A stretch of DNA of 64,000 bases from Elusimicrobiota bacterium (GCA_027319565.1 DAHVNA010000001.1:43526-107525); one strand, 5' to 3'. Positions 18,839 to 28,945 are shown, numbered from the stretch's first letter. The notes: a model not told the origin generated them from the sequence alone. Numbers and translations: made by a program.

Positions 18839-21505
18839 ATGCCTGAGCGCCCAAACCCCGAAGAAATTCTATCCCAGATTCAACAAGAAGAAAATAGCGA
18901 GCTTTTTGGAAAGCTAAAAGTTTTTTTAGGGGCCGCTCCCGGAGTGGGGAAAACCTTTTCGATGCTGGAGGCCGCCCGCCTTAAACAAGAAGAGGGCCTC
19001 GATGTGGTGGTGGGCGTTGTCGAAACTCATGGGCGAGAGGAAACTCAAGAGCGGCTGGCTGGCCTTGAGGTCTTGCCCCGAAAAAAAATTCTCTATCACA
19101 ATGTCGAACTCCTTGAATTCGATCTCGATGCGGCAATCAAGCGCGCTCCGGCATTGATTTTAGTTGACGAGCTCGCTCATTCCAATGCGCCGGGCTCTCG
19201 CCATGTCAAGCGTTGGCAGGACGTTCAGGAATTACTCGCCTGCGGAATTGACGTTTATACCACGGTCAATATTGGTCATCTGGAAAGTCTCAATGACATC
19301 GTTTCCCAGATTACTGGCGTGACCATTAGGGAGACTATTCCCGATTCGATTATCGAAAAAGCCGCGTCGGTCGAATTAGTCGATTTGCCGCCGGAAGAAC
19401 TCATCGAGCGTTTAAAAGACGGCAAGGTTTATTTTAGCGATCAAGCGAGAATCGCGGAGAAGAATTTCTTTAAGATCGGAAATCTAACGGCGCTCAGGGA
19501 ATTGGCGCTGCGGATGACGGCCGAGAGAGTCAACGACCAGGTTCAAGCGCGCCGGGGACAAGAGCCGGATGGAAAAACCTGGCCTACGACCGAGAGAATT
19601 CTTGTCTGCGTGGGGCCGGGCCCGGGCGCGGCCAAGCTTGTTCGGGCGGCAAAGAGAATGGCTGCGGCTTTGCGCGCGGAATGGACGGCGGTTTTTGTCG
19701 ATTCGGCGCGAAGAATTTCTTCTTCCGCGTTTAGAGACTCGGCCATCGAAAATTTAAGGCTGGCCGAACAATTGGGCGCTGAGACGATTACGCTGACCGG
19801 CATGGATGTGGCTGAGGAAATCGTCAGTTTCGCCCGCTCTAAAAACGTCACCAAGATTATCATCGGGAAAAACGCTAAAAGAAGTTTCAAGGATTATTGG
19901 AAAGGTCCGGATCTTCTTGATGAGGTGATTCGCAAAAGCGGGGAGATCGAAGTTTGCGTGGTAATGGGAAACCCTCAAAGAGTCGTTAAAAGGACGGTCG
20001 AGGAAGCGCGGGAAAAATTATCCCTGGTTAATTATGGAATCGCCTTTGGCGTTTTTCTCTTGTGCACGCTGGTTTCTTTTTTGGTTTATGCGCATTTATC
20101 CCTGATTAACATCATCATGATCTATTTATTGGGAACGGTCGTTGTCGCCGCTCGGGGAGATCGTTGGGTCTCGATTTGGATGTCGGTCTTAAGCGTTTTG
20201 GCTTTTGATTTCTTTTTTGTCGCGCCTAGATTTAATTTCGCCGTTTCGGACAGCCAGTATGTATTGACCTTTTTGATTTTTCTCGCCGTCTCTCTTTTAA
20301 TTAGCCATTTGTCCGGCGCGATTCGCCGCCAGGCCGAGATTGCCCAGATTAACGAAAGACGGACGGCGGCCCTTCACGGCTTAAGCCGCCGCTTGGCGGT
20401 GGCCATTGGGACCGAGAATATCCTCTCCGTCGCGGCGCCCCATCTGGCGGAGGTTTTTGATGGATCGGCCGCTATTTTTCTTCCGGATTCCAAGGGGAAT
20501 CTCGCCTTAAAAGAGGCGGCTCCCAAGGAAGAAAAAGCCGACGCCAAGGAACTGACTATCGCCCAATGGGTCTATGATATCGGACAATCGGCGGGGTTTG
20601 GAACTCAAACCCTTCCATTTCTGGACGCGATCTATTTGCCTCTCAAGGGAGCCAATGCCTTGGTCGGCACCCTGAGGCTTAAGCCAAAAGATAAAAACAG
20701 GCTTTTGCTTCCGGAACAGCTTTTTCTGGTTGAAGCCTTTAGCAATCAAATTGCCTTGGCTTTGGAGGTTTATCGCCTTCAAGAGACTACCCGCCAATCC
20801 CAGATCGAGATTGAATCGGAGAAAATGAGAAATTCCCTCTTAAGTTCGGTTTCCCATGATTTAAGAACGCCCTTGGCGGCGATTATCGGCTCTGCTTCGA
20901 CACTGCTAGAAAGAGATTCCTGGGCGGATATCAAGGCGGCCAAGGATCTCATTAAAAACATCTATGATTCCGGCTTGAGTTTGAGTCGCTTGGTCGGAAA
21001 TCTGTTGCATGCGACCCGGCTTGATGCCGGAGCGATCCCTCTAAACCGCAGAAAAGTTTCTTTGGATGAAATTCTCGAATCGGCTATCCATAAGCTTGAA
21101 GCGGTCTTGGCGGGGAAAGCTTTTAACATCGATATTCCGAAAGATTTCCCGTTGATTCCAGTCGACGATGCCCTTTTTGAGCAAGTTTTTATCAATCTGT
21201 TGGATAACGCGGCTAAATACGCCCCCGCCGATTCTCCGTTAGATATCAGCGCTTCCATTGAAGGCAATCAATGCCTGATTCAAATCGCCGATCGCGGGCC
21301 GGGGCTCGATCCCCAGGAAGCGGAGCAAATTTTTGATAAGTTTTACCGCGGGTCCCAAGCAAAACAAAAAGTCGGAACGGGGCTGGGCTTGACTATTTGC
21401 CGCGCCATTGTCAAAGCTCATGGGGGAAAAATTTGGGTTGAAAATCGCGCGGGCGGAGGCTCCATTTTTAAAATCTTGATTCCTTTGACTGAATCTCATG
21501 CCTGA
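18839..21505 (+). CDS. kdpD: Sensor histidine kinase KdpD
   Basis: GAAPGVGKT, DELAH, Usp domain, 4 TM, GAF, SHDLRTPL, GTGLGL. Confidence 0.96.
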   Translation: MPERPNPEEILSQIQQEENSELFGKLKVFLGAAPGVGKTFSMLEAARLKQEEGLDVVVGVVETHGREETQERLAGLEVLPRKKILYHNVELLEFDLDAAIKRAPALILVDELAHSNAPGSRHVKRWQDVQELLACGIDVYTTVNIGHLESLNDIVSQITGVTIRETIPDSIIEKAASVELVDLPPEELIERLKDGKVYFSDQARIAEKNFFKIGNLTALRELALRMTAERVNDQVQARRGQEPDGKTWPTTERILVCVGPGPGAAKLVRAAKRMAAALRAEWTAVFVDSARRISSSAFRDSAIENLRLAEQLGAETITLTGMDVAEEIVSFARSKNVTKIIIGKNAKRSFKDYWKGPDLLDEVIRKSGEIEVCVVMGNPQRVVKRTVEEAREKLSLVNYGIAFGVFLLCTLVSFLVYAHLSLINIIMIYLLGTVVVAARGDRWVSIWMSVLSVLAFDFFFVAPRFNFAVSDSQYVLTFLIFLAVSLLISHLSGAIRRQAEIAQINERRTAALHGLSRRLAVAIGTENILSVAAPHLAEVFDGSAAIFLPDSKGNLALKEAAPKEEKADAKELTIAQWVYDIGQSAGFGTQTLPFLDAIYLPLKGANALVGTLRLKPKDKNRLLLPEQLFLVEAFSNQIALALEVYRLQETTRQSQIEIESEKMRNSLLSSVSHDLRTPLAAIIGSASTLLERDSWADIKAAKDLIKNIYDSGLSLSRLVGNLLHATRLDAGAIPLNRRKVSLDEILESAIHKLEAVLAGKAFNIDIPKDFPLIPVDDALFEQVFINLLDNAAKYAPADSPLDISASIEGNQCLIQIADRGPGLDPQEAEQIFDKFYRGSQAKQKVGTGLGLTICRAIVKAHGGKIWVENRAGGGSIFKILIPLTESHA

Positions 21506-22193
21506 ACTGATTTTGCTCATTGAAGACGACTCTTCTATTAGGCGTTTTGTGTCGGCGTCTTTGTCCGACCAAGGGTTTAAGGCGCTTGAAGCCGTCACCG
21601 GAAAAACCGGGTTGGAATATTTAGTTTCTCATAAGCCCGCTTTGGTTCTTTTGGATTTGGGGCTTCCGGACGGAAATGGAATTGAGGTTCTCAAGCGCAT
21701 TCGGGAGTGGTCCCGGGTCCCCGTCATCATCATTTCCGCGCGGGGGCAAGAAAGGGATAAGGTCGCGGGGCTTGACGCCGGCGCGGATGATTATTTGAGC
21801 AAGCCCTTCGGCGCGGCCGAGTTGTTGGCGCGGATTCGAGTCTCTCTGAGGAGATTTAAAGCCGACGGAGGCGATTTCCCGGTTTTTAAGACCGGAGATC
21901 TCAAGGTCGATCTGTCCAAACATCATGTTTGGATTGGGAAAAAAGAAATCCATCTATCTCCAATTCAATATAAGATTCTTGCCATCTTGGTTCGCCAAGC
22001 GGGTCGGGTGGTGACCAGGGAGAAATTGCTCGATGAAGTTTGGGGTCCGGATAAGGATGCCGGAATCGATTCGGTGCGAATTTACATGCATCAATTGCGG
22101 AGAAAAATAGAAAAAAATCCCTTGCGTCCGCAGTATTTAAAAACCGAACTGGGCGTGGGATACCGGATGATTACGGATGAGGAGCGGATTTAA
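21498..22193 (+). CDS. kdpE: Response regulator KdpE
   Basis: DLGLPD, GADDY and an OmpR winged helix; overlaps kdpD. Confidence 0.93.
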   Translation: MPELILLIEDDSSIRRFVSASLSDQGFKALEAVTGKTGLEYLVSHKPALVLLDLGLPDGNGIEVLKRIREWSRVPVIIISARGQERDKVAGLDAGADDYLSKPFGAAELLARIRVSLRRFKADGGDFPVFKTGDLKVDLSKHHVWIGKKEIHLSPIQYKILAILVRQAGRVVTREKLLDEVWGPDKDAGIDSVRIYMHQLRRKIEKNPLRPQYLKTELGVGYRMITDEERI

Positions 22194-22209
22194 TATCATA
22201 TACTAAAAT

Positions 22210-22545
22210 ATGTCTAAAAACGAGGAGATGGTGTTTAAAATCAAGGCGGATTTTCTCAAGTCTCTCGCGCATCCCGTGCGCCTTCAGATTATCGAATACC
22301 TCAAGGACAAGGAGTCCTCGGTGGGGGAGATGGTCAAGAATTTAAGCGTCGAGCAATCCGGGCTCTCCAAGCATTTGGCGATCTTGCGCCAATCGGGGAT
22401 ATTGAGTTCTCGGCAGGAAAAAGTGACGGTTTTTTATTCGGTCCGGGATCGCGATATTTTCAAGATTTTGCGCCCTATCGCCGAGATTTTGGCTAAAAGA
22501 CTCAAGGAAGGCCAGGAAATTTTATCCCAGCTGGGTATTTCTTGA
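22210..22545 (+). CDS. ArsR/SmtB-family regulator, Rv0081-like
   Basis: FKIKADFLKSLAHPVRLQIIEYL...LSKHLAILRQSG; no Cys. Confidence 0.88.
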   Translation: MSKNEEMVFKIKADFLKSLAHPVRLQIIEYLKDKESSVGEMVKNLSVEQSGLSKHLAILRQSGILSSRQEKVTVFYSVRDRDIFKILRPIAEILAKRLKEGQEILSQLGIS

Positions 22546-22596
22546 TGGATTTGAAATTATATGCTAAATTGGGAATATATTCATATTTTAGTCGAA
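22542..22596 (+). promoter_or_regulatory. pckG promoter with overlapping ArsR-type operator
   Basis: TTGATG-17-TAAATT (extended TG); TTATATG-N10-AATATAT at 22557-22580 followed by TATTCATAT. Confidence 0.5.
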
Positions 22597-22632
22597 GGCG
22601 TCGCGAGATAATCAATTTACAGGGAGGTTTAT

Positions 22633-24423
22633 ATGAAAACAATTAAGCACAAAGAGCTTGAAAGTTGGGTTAACGAGACGGCCAAAGTAGGCGAGCCGGA
22701 CCAAGTTTATTGGGTGGACGGGACTCCCGCAGAAAAAGATCGTCTGACCAAAAGAGCCATTGCCCGCGGTTTTATCATCCCCTTAGACCAAGAAAAATAT
22801 CCCGGTTGTTATTACAGCCGTTCCCACTCCAATGATGTCGCCCGCACCGAGCATTTGACCTATATCTGCGCCAAAAATAAGGAAGACGCGGGGCCGACCA
22901 ACAATTGGATGTCGCCGGAGGAGGGTTACGCGAAATCAAAAGAGATATTGAAAGGCTCGATGCATGGTCGGACGATGTATGTGATTCCCTTTTCGATGGG
23001 GCCCATTGGGTCTCCGTTTTCAAAAATCGGGGTTGAGATTACCGATTCTCTCTATGTCGTTTTAAACATGCTGATTATGACGAGAGTCGGAGACAAGGTC
23101 TTGGATCAATTGGGAACAGACGGAGCCTACACTAAATGCCTGCACACCCGGGCGGATCTTGATGTTCAACACCGTTTCATCCTTCATTTTCCGGAGGATA
23201 ATGCCATTGTCTCGACCGGGTCGGCCTACGGCGGAAACGCCCTTTTAGGAAAAAAATGCCTGGCCTTGCGCATCGCCTCTTGGCAGGCGAGAGAGGAGAA
23301 ATGGCTGGCCGAGCATATGCTGATCTTGGGCATTGAAAAAGACGGCAAGACCGAATATGTGGTAGCGGCTTTTCCTTCCGCTTGCGGAAAGACCAATCTC
23401 GCGATGTTGATTCCGCCAGAAGGGCTCAAGGGCAAGAATTACAAAATCTGGACCTTGGGAGATGATATCGCCTGGCTGAGAAAAGGGAAAGACGGGCGTT
23501 TATGGGCTTTAAATCCGGAATCGGGCTTTTTCGGGGTCGCTCCGGGCACCAATTCAAAAACCAATCCCAACGCGATGAAGACGATGAGTCAAAATACGAT
23601 TTTTACCAACGTCCTTTTGGGAGATGATCTCACTGTTTGGTGGGAGGATGGCGAAGGTCAGCCTCCCTCTTCGGGCGTCGCTTGGGATGGAAAACCTTGG
23701 AAGCCGGGAATGAAAGACTCTTCCGGTAAGCCCGTCTTGGGCGCTCATCCCAATAGCCGCTTTACCTCTCCGGCCGGTCAATGCCCCTCGATCGCCCCCA
23801 ATTGGGAAGACCCCCGGGGCGTGCCCATCTCGGCGGTTATTTTCGGCGGAAGGCGAGAGCGCTTGGCGCCCTTGGTTTTTGAATCCTTCGATTGGACTCA
23901 TGGAGTTTACGTCGGAGCGACGATGGCTTCCGAAAGAACCGCGGCCGCCGATGGAAAAGTCGGCGAGGTGCGCCGGGATCCGATGGCGATGATTCCATTT
24001 TGTGGATACAATATGGGCGATTATTTCGCTCATTGGCTCGAAATGGGGCGCGAGATTTCAAAACCTCCGAAGATCTTTCACGTCAATTGGTTCAGAAAAG
24101 ACGAAAACCGGAAATTTCTCTGGCCCGGCTACGGGGAGAATTTGCGCGTTCTTGAATGGATTTTGGCCCGCTGCCGAGGGGAAGGAAAAGCCCAAAAAAC
24201 TCCGATCGGCTTTGTCCCGTCTTCTGACGCCTTGGACCTGTCGGGGCTTAATATTCCAAAAGAGACGATTGATAAGCTTCTTGAGGTTCGCTCCGAAGAC
24301 TGGGTTTCCGAGCTCGATGGCGTTAAAAGCTTCTTTGAAAAATTTGGGGATAGCTTGCCCAAGGAACTTTGGAAGCAGTTTGAGGAGCTCAAAAGCCGCC
24401 TTCAATCCAAGGTCGCGGCTTAG
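22633..24423 (+). CDS. pckG: Phosphoenolpyruvate carboxykinase (GTP)
   Basis: YGGNALLGKKC, FPSACGKTNLAM, GDDIAW, NPESGFFGVAPGT. Confidence 0.96.
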   Translation: MKTIKHKELESWVNETAKVGEPDQVYWVDGTPAEKDRLTKRAIARGFIIPLDQEKYPGCYYSRSHSNDVARTEHLTYICAKNKEDAGPTNNWMSPEEGYAKSKEILKGSMHGRTMYVIPFSMGPIGSPFSKIGVEITDSLYVVLNMLIMTRVGDKVLDQLGTDGAYTKCLHTRADLDVQHRFILHFPEDNAIVSTGSAYGGNALLGKKCLALRIASWQAREEKWLAEHMLILGIEKDGKTEYVVAAFPSACGKTNLAMLIPPEGLKGKNYKIWTLGDDIAWLRKGKDGRLWALNPESGFFGVAPGTNSKTNPNAMKTMSQNTIFTNVLLGDDLTVWWEDGEGQPPSSGVAWDGKPWKPGMKDSSGKPVLGAHPNSRFTSPAGQCPSIAPNWEDPRGVPISAVIFGGRRERLAPLVFESFDWTHGVYVGATMASERTAAADGKVGEVRRDPMAMIPFCGYNMGDYFAHWLEMGREISKPPKIFHVNWFRKDENRKFLWPGYGENLRVLEWILARCRGEGKAQKTPIGFVPSSDALDLSGLNIPKETIDKLLEVRSEDWVSELDGVKSFFEKFGDSLPKELWKQFEELKSRLQSKVAA

Positions 24424-24637
24424 TGTTTGTTGCGAGCCCTAAGATCGGGGTTTTTTCCGCTATGAGCGGAATACACTTGATACCAAAACGCAGACTTGGA
24501 TCGGCGATTCGGTAGAGCACGTTCTTCGGGTTGCGCTCCGATTGGCCGAGAGGTTAATTATCCTTGTCAAGGATAATCCAGACAAAGGATAACATGAATC
24601 TAAAAGTAACTGCTCAGGCCAAGGGAAATCTATCGCG

Positions 24638-24732
24638 TTCTCCCTCTCCCTTGACGGGAGAGGGAGGGGTGAGGGTGAGCGAAGCTCATCGTCACCCCCC
24701 ATCCTAACCTTCCCCCGCAGGGGGGGAAGGAA
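24638..24732. repeat. REP-like palindromic doublet (inverted pair of ~38-bp units)
   Basis: CCCTCTCCC-ttgac-GGGAGAGGG...GGGTGA, central TGAGC-GAA-GCTCA, then an inverted related unit TCACCCCCC...CCTTCCCCC-gca-GGGGGGGAAGG. Confidence 0.75.
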
Positions 24733-24763
24733 ATTAACAAAGAGCCTGAGCAGCTATGAGAAT

Positions 24764-24814
24764 TTACCCCAAGAGGGCGACGAGCTTGCTGGGAGACGCG
24801 GCGCCGCGGACGAT
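24764..24814 (-). repeat. Displaced 3' end of the DUF167 gene (att-like direct repeat)
   Basis: Encodes IVRGAASPSKLVALLG*; 43/51 nt identical to 29247-29297. Confidence 0.85.
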
Positions 24815-24903
24815 CTATGTTTGGCACAATAAACAACTTCTCGGAGTTTTAGCGATCGCCAGAATATTTTTCGAGATTTTATTGGGATTTTACTGCTTCG
24901 TTA

Positions 24904-25431
24904 TTACTCGGGACAGTCTAACAATGCCTTTTCAAATTCTTCCACAAATTTTACAGCTCTTTGATAAAGCTCATATACTTCTTGTCCTGTTTGTTCTATG
25001 TGGTAGGCGGCGAAGTTTTTATGTGCCAATTCGTTCCTTAACCCCCCAATTTGGATAAATGAACGGATGGCTTCCTCTAATTCCTGCTCATTCTTAATCT
25101 TGACTTGAAAGCTTGTTGAAAAATTGTCGCCAAATAGTTTTAAAAATTTATTTGCGTTTTGCGCTTCCCAGTCGAAATATGTGTGATATTGTCTGGAAAT
25201 CGCTTTTGCTTCCATCAGCGCCTTAATTTTTGAATTATCCTGAGAAGCTTGTAATACAAAATTTCGAATAATCTCCTGAATACGCGTCTCAAAATAGCTT
25301 GCGGCTGACATGATCAAAATTTTCTTGAGTTTATTGTCAGCATCAATAAATAGTGAAATCTCGTTTTTAGATTTAAGAAACTCCAATATCCCTGAATTTT
25401 CCTCATACAAGTTGTCAATTGGTGTCGACAC
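24904..25431 (-). CDS. HEPN-domain putative RNase (RiboL-PSP/MAE_28990-like)
   Basis: Rx4H motif RNELAH; N-terminal ASYFE helix; all-alpha appearance; subfamily tentative. Confidence 0.75.
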   Translation of the reverse strand: MSTPIDNLYEENSGILEFLKSKNEISLFIDADNKLKKILIMSAASYFETRIQEIIRNFVLQASQDNSKIKALMEAKAISRQYHTYFDWEAQNANKFLKLFGDNFSTSFQVKIKNEQELEEAIRSFIQIGGLRNELAHKNFAAYHIEQTGQEVYELYQRAVKFVEEFEKALLDCPE

Positions 25432-25438
25432 TTTTGAG

Positions 25439-26611
25439 TTAATAAGATGGGAGAAGCTCTTTTGCTCGTTTGAGCCTCAAATTGACTTTTGCCTTGTTCG
25501 TGGTTTGTGATTTTATTGCGCTAAGAAAGTCGTCATCTTTCTTTAGAGCCGCTAGTTGGTCGGTAGTAAAGTCCTTTTTTACCAGTTCTTTCTTTTGGAA
25601 CGCTGGCGAGCATATTGCGTAAAAAACCGCCTCATAAATCGTGATATTGAATCTCCCGGGTTTCAGCGTAAACACAGCAGGATCGACAGAAGCGATGGAT
25701 TTTAGGAACGAGGCAAACATTTTTCGTCTGTAGCTGATGTCTGCGTCGCTTAAAGATTTACATTGTTTTGAAAACTCGTTTAGAAAGATTGTCATGGAGG
25801 AAGAGTATTTTTCGCTATTTTCCAACATGGCGAATCCCCTTAACAAAACCTCGATATCCTTCATTCGGATATCCAGCTGGGGAGATGCAAGTAGCTTTCT
25901 CCACTGGGAATCTCTATTTAGCTCGGCCAGAAGCTCATAAAACTTAGAGTGATAAAGACTTGCGCGAATTTCTTGCGCCGCTAGGTTAACTCCACCAGAA
26001 TTCAGTCTGCTGAATATCTCGTAAATTGAAGAGTCTCCTTCCGGGGAGCTTTGCTTCAAGATTATATTCCTAATGGTCCTCAGATCGAATGTTGATCTAG
26101 TTTCCTCTGTAAGCGTTTTGTAATTGAGGCCATCCAGTGGTCGCCGTTTATCCGGGTCGATTTTTTTTAGCCGGAGATTAAAGTTGCCAAAGTAATTGTC
26201 ATTGGCAAGTATTTCATCCGGAATGATCCCGTCTTTGTTGTATATCTGCCGCATCTCTATGCGCTTTTCGTCTTTGGGAAAGCGACCTATCACAAAAAAA
26301 TAAATACTTAGCAGGCGTTGCTGCCCATCTACTACAAGAAATTTATTCTTAATTCTAACTTCCTCGAAAAGAAATATCTGTGGTATTGGCAATCCTAGAA
26401 TGATCGATTCGATAAGCTTAGATGCGCGTTTTATGTCCCACACGTAATGTCTTTGAAAAGGAGGGAGCTTAAATGTTCCCTTTTGTATGAAATCAAATAT
26501 GGTTTTAATGTTGAAATCATTTGGAGCGGAGATAATGTCGTATTCATTAATTCCAATGCCTTCTTCCTGATCCGCCTCGTCCTTATCAAGCCATCCATTG
26601 TCTTCTTCCAT
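25439..26611 (-). CDS. DUF262 (GmrS/ParB-like) domain protein
   Basis: PPFQRHYVW, LIESIILGLPIP, VDGQQRL, IFSRLNSGG; GGAGG RBS before ATG 26611. Confidence 0.88.
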   Translation of the reverse strand: MEEDNGWLDKDEADQEEGIGINEYDIISAPNDFNIKTIFDFIQKGTFKLPPFQRHYVWDIKRASKLIESIILGLPIPQIFLFEEVRIKNKFLVVDGQQRLLSIYFFVIGRFPKDEKRIEMRQIYNKDGIIPDEILANDNYFGNFNLRLKKIDPDKRRPLDGLNYKTLTEETRSTFDLRTIRNIILKQSSPEGDSSIYEIFSRLNSGGVNLAAQEIRASLYHSKFYELLAELNRDSQWRKLLASPQLDIRMKDIEVLLRGFAMLENSEKYSSSMTIFLNEFSKQCKSLSDADISYRRKMFASFLKSIASVDPAVFTLKPGRFNITIYEAVFYAICSPAFQKKELVKKDFTTDQLAALKKDDDFLSAIKSQTTNKAKVNLRLKRAKELLPSY

Positions 26612-26628
26612 TTCAATCCTCCAAAAAA

Positions 26629-27045
26629 TTATTTCTGTATTTTCCTTAACATGCGCGTTTGGCATGACTTGGGCATTAGGCGCACGTCATGCTCCCAGAT
26701 GCGCGCGATTTCCCAGCCATGCTTTTTGAGTTCGCGATTCTGTTTCTGATCGCGTCGCATATTGCCAGCGATTTTCTTCTCCCAATATTTTTTGTTGGAC
26801 TGGGGACGTAGATTGCGCGTACAATGGGCGCAGCCATGCCAAAAGCAACCGTCCACGAAAATGGCGAGCTTTTTCTTTGGAAAAACGATATCCGGAGCGC
26901 CGGGCAAGCCCCGCCCATTCGTCGTCCAGCCTCGAATCCCTTTGGAAATAAGCCAGCCTCGTAGTCGCAATTCGGTCGAGCGCGTTCCAGTCGATTTAAT
27001 GGCGGACATGATCTTTGACCGCTTCGCGCGAGAGACGGTGTCCAT
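26629..27045 (-). CDS. vsr: Very short patch repair endonuclease
   Basis: MDTVSRAKRSKIMSAIKS, LPGAPDIV, FVDGCFWHG, IWEH. Confidence 0.93.
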   Translation of the reverse strand: MDTVSRAKRSKIMSAIKSTGTRSTELRLRGWLISKGIRGWTTNGRGLPGAPDIVFPKKKLAIFVDGCFWHGCAHCTRNLRPQSNKKYWEKKIAGNMRRDQKQNRELKKHGWEIARIWEHDVRLMPKSCQTRMLRKIQK

Positions 27046-27049
27046 CCCA

Positions 27050-27826
27050 TTATTCGCCGCGGTGAACCCTAATCCATGAAGGATCGAAGCTCATTTCTTT
27101 CAATACCGCGGCCGCGGATAAATGCGGCGGTCTACGGACGCTAAATCGCAAGCGATTGGTCGGGACGTTCTCTATTATGGTGAATTGAGAGCCGGTAAAT
27201 TGCCATGTGAATCGATGTTGGTTTGTTTGGCGGTCGTATCCTTCCAGATTTTTACGCTTATTCATTTTCCACTGGAATTGGTCTGGCGGGTACATGATAG
27301 TTTCCGTTTCGAACGCGGTGAATTCGGAAAGGTCCGGCCCTTTGATGAGGACGACTGTTCGCATATGAGCGTATCGCGCTCGGAGATTCCCGACTCGCTC
27401 GTTCCATATTTTTAAGACGTCAGAGCCGATGCTCTGCGGATCTCTTTGCATATCGCGTTCATCAAAAGAATATGCGGGAGAGTTTCTTCCGGAAATAAGG
27501 CGAATCTTTGTTATCTCGAAGGGTTTGTTCCCTTTGACCGTTTTCGCGCCCCACGCGCAATTGCCCATGATGACGTCATCCAGTCCGACGTTCGACGGCT
27601 TCCATTCGGCCCCAATCGCGACGGCGAATATTCGTTCCCAAACGCGGCCTTCTATATCTGGTTGCCTGCCGGGGAGACCGCAGAGGGGGTCGGTCGCTAG
27701 GATATAGACTATTTCCCGTCCAACATTTAGGGCGAAGTCGCGGGGGAAAACGTTCAAAGGATAGGGCGGCGGGACTCTCTCGACCGTTCGGACGCGCGGA
27801 CGTTTTTCGGGCGTGGGCTCGGGCAT
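27050..27826 (-). CDS. Putative type II restriction endonuclease
   Basis: Lies between a C5 MTase and vsr; PD-(D/E)xK-like stretch E...GLDDVIMGNCAWGAKT. Confidence 0.65.
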   Translation of the reverse strand: MPEPTPEKRPRVRTVERVPPPYPLNVFPRDFALNVGREIVYILATDPLCGLPGRQPDIEGRVWERIFAVAIGAEWKPSNVGLDDVIMGNCAWGAKTVKGNKPFEITKIRLISGRNSPAYSFDERDMQRDPQSIGSDVLKIWNERVGNLRARYAHMRTVVLIKGPDLSEFTAFETETIMYPPDQFQWKMNKRKNLEGYDRQTNQHRFTWQFTGSQFTIIENVPTNRLRFSVRRPPHLSAAAVLKEMSFDPSWIRVHRGE

Positions 27827-27832
27827 TCTTTT

Positions 27833-28927
27833 CTACGCTAGAGCCATATCTCTAGAGTTTATGGTTTTTTTAGATTGGGACTTGACAGGGGTTAGAGCCT
27901 TATCCAGCCGCTCAAGAACGGCGCGGATAACGGGAACGGCCACGGAATTTCCCGCTTGTTTTCTTGTTTGGGAATCGTTCGAGACAATCTCATATGAGTC
28001 GGGGAAACCCTGGAGTCGCAACATTTCTCGGGGGGTGAGCCGCCTTTTGCCGTCGACTAAAAGGTAGTTGTATGAGGCTCCGGCGCGGAGAGCGCAAGAA
28101 AATGGATAGGAGCTAACGTGTCCGCCCTTGTTCTCGTGCCATATGGCGGGGCTAAACTTGCTCTTGTGGGCCGCCATGCGGCTTTTGACGATTCTCTCCG
28201 AGGTGAAATGTTTGGAGTCGACATTTTTTTCAAGTATCTCGGCCAAGGGTTTCATTGGCGCTCCGCCTGACGGCCATTCAAACTTGATGTCCTCCAAGGA
28301 GCCTACGATGAGTATTCGTTCTCTTTTCTGGGGCAATCCGAAGTCTAAAGCGTTAAGGACGCGCCAAGAGGTTTTGTAGCCCAGTTCCGTCAAGGTTTTT
28401 AGTATGGCGGAGAGCGTTTTGCCGTTATTGTGGCTGACAAGCCTGCGGACGTTTTCAAGGACGAAAGCGCGCGGTTTTTTTTCCTTAATGATGCGCGCGA
28501 TTTCAAAGAAAAGCGTTCCCCTTGCGTCGTCAAAGCCTTTCCCCTCGCCGATGATGCTGAAGGGTTGGCAGGGGAAACCCGCGAGAAGAACGTCATGGTC
28601 GGGGATGCTGGAAGCCGGTATCTGGTGGATGTCTCCGAGAGGCTTTAGTCCAAAGTTTCGCTCGTATGTCCTTCTCGCTTCATCATCGATGTCGGACGCC
28701 ATTTCGCATTGCCAACCGAGCGAATTCGCGGCTAAATGGAATCCGCCGATGCCACAGAATAAGTCAATGAACCGTAGGGGGACCGAGCGAGTCTCATAGT
28801 TCCCCTTGCTTTCACGCAACTGATTCTCTCTTGAGTTCCAGTGATGATTCTTCATCTTAACCTTCCCAATTATATCAAGTCTGCCGCGCGTTCGCGCTTC
28901 CTGATGCCTTTTGCGCGATTCAGTCAA
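27833..28927 (-). CDS. DNA (cytosine-5)-methyltransferase (true start may be downstream)
   Basis: FIDLFCGIGG, GFPCQPFS, ENV, QKRER, RRLTPRE, QAGNSV. Confidence 0.95.
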   Translation of the reverse strand: MTESRKRHQEARTRGRLDIIGKVKMKNHHWNSRENQLRESKGNYETRSVPLRFIDLFCGIGGFHLAANSLGWQCEMASDIDDEARRTYERNFGLKPLGDIHQIPASSIPDHDVLLAGFPCQPFSIIGEGKGFDDARGTLFFEIARIIKEKKPRAFVLENVRRLVSHNNGKTLSAILKTLTELGYKTSWRVLNALDFGLPQKRERILIVGSLEDIKFEWPSGGAPMKPLAEILEKNVDSKHFTSERIVKSRMAAHKSKFSPAIWHENKGGHVSSYPFSCALRAGASYNYLLVDGKRRLTPREMLRLQGFPDSYEIVSNDSQTRKQAGNSVAVPVIRAVLERLDKALTPVKSQSKKTINSRDMALA

Positions 28928-28945
28928 CTGGAGTGGCGCTAGATT

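Noticed and set aside
24460..25058. ORF-track ORFs 24460-24702, 24630-24836 and 24756-25058
   Set aside because: They read through the palindromic repeat or are antisense to the HEPN gene; no protein features.
27833..28927. Assigning a recognition sequence to the RM system
   Set aside because: Cannot be derived reliably by eye; needs REBASE comparison or methylome data.
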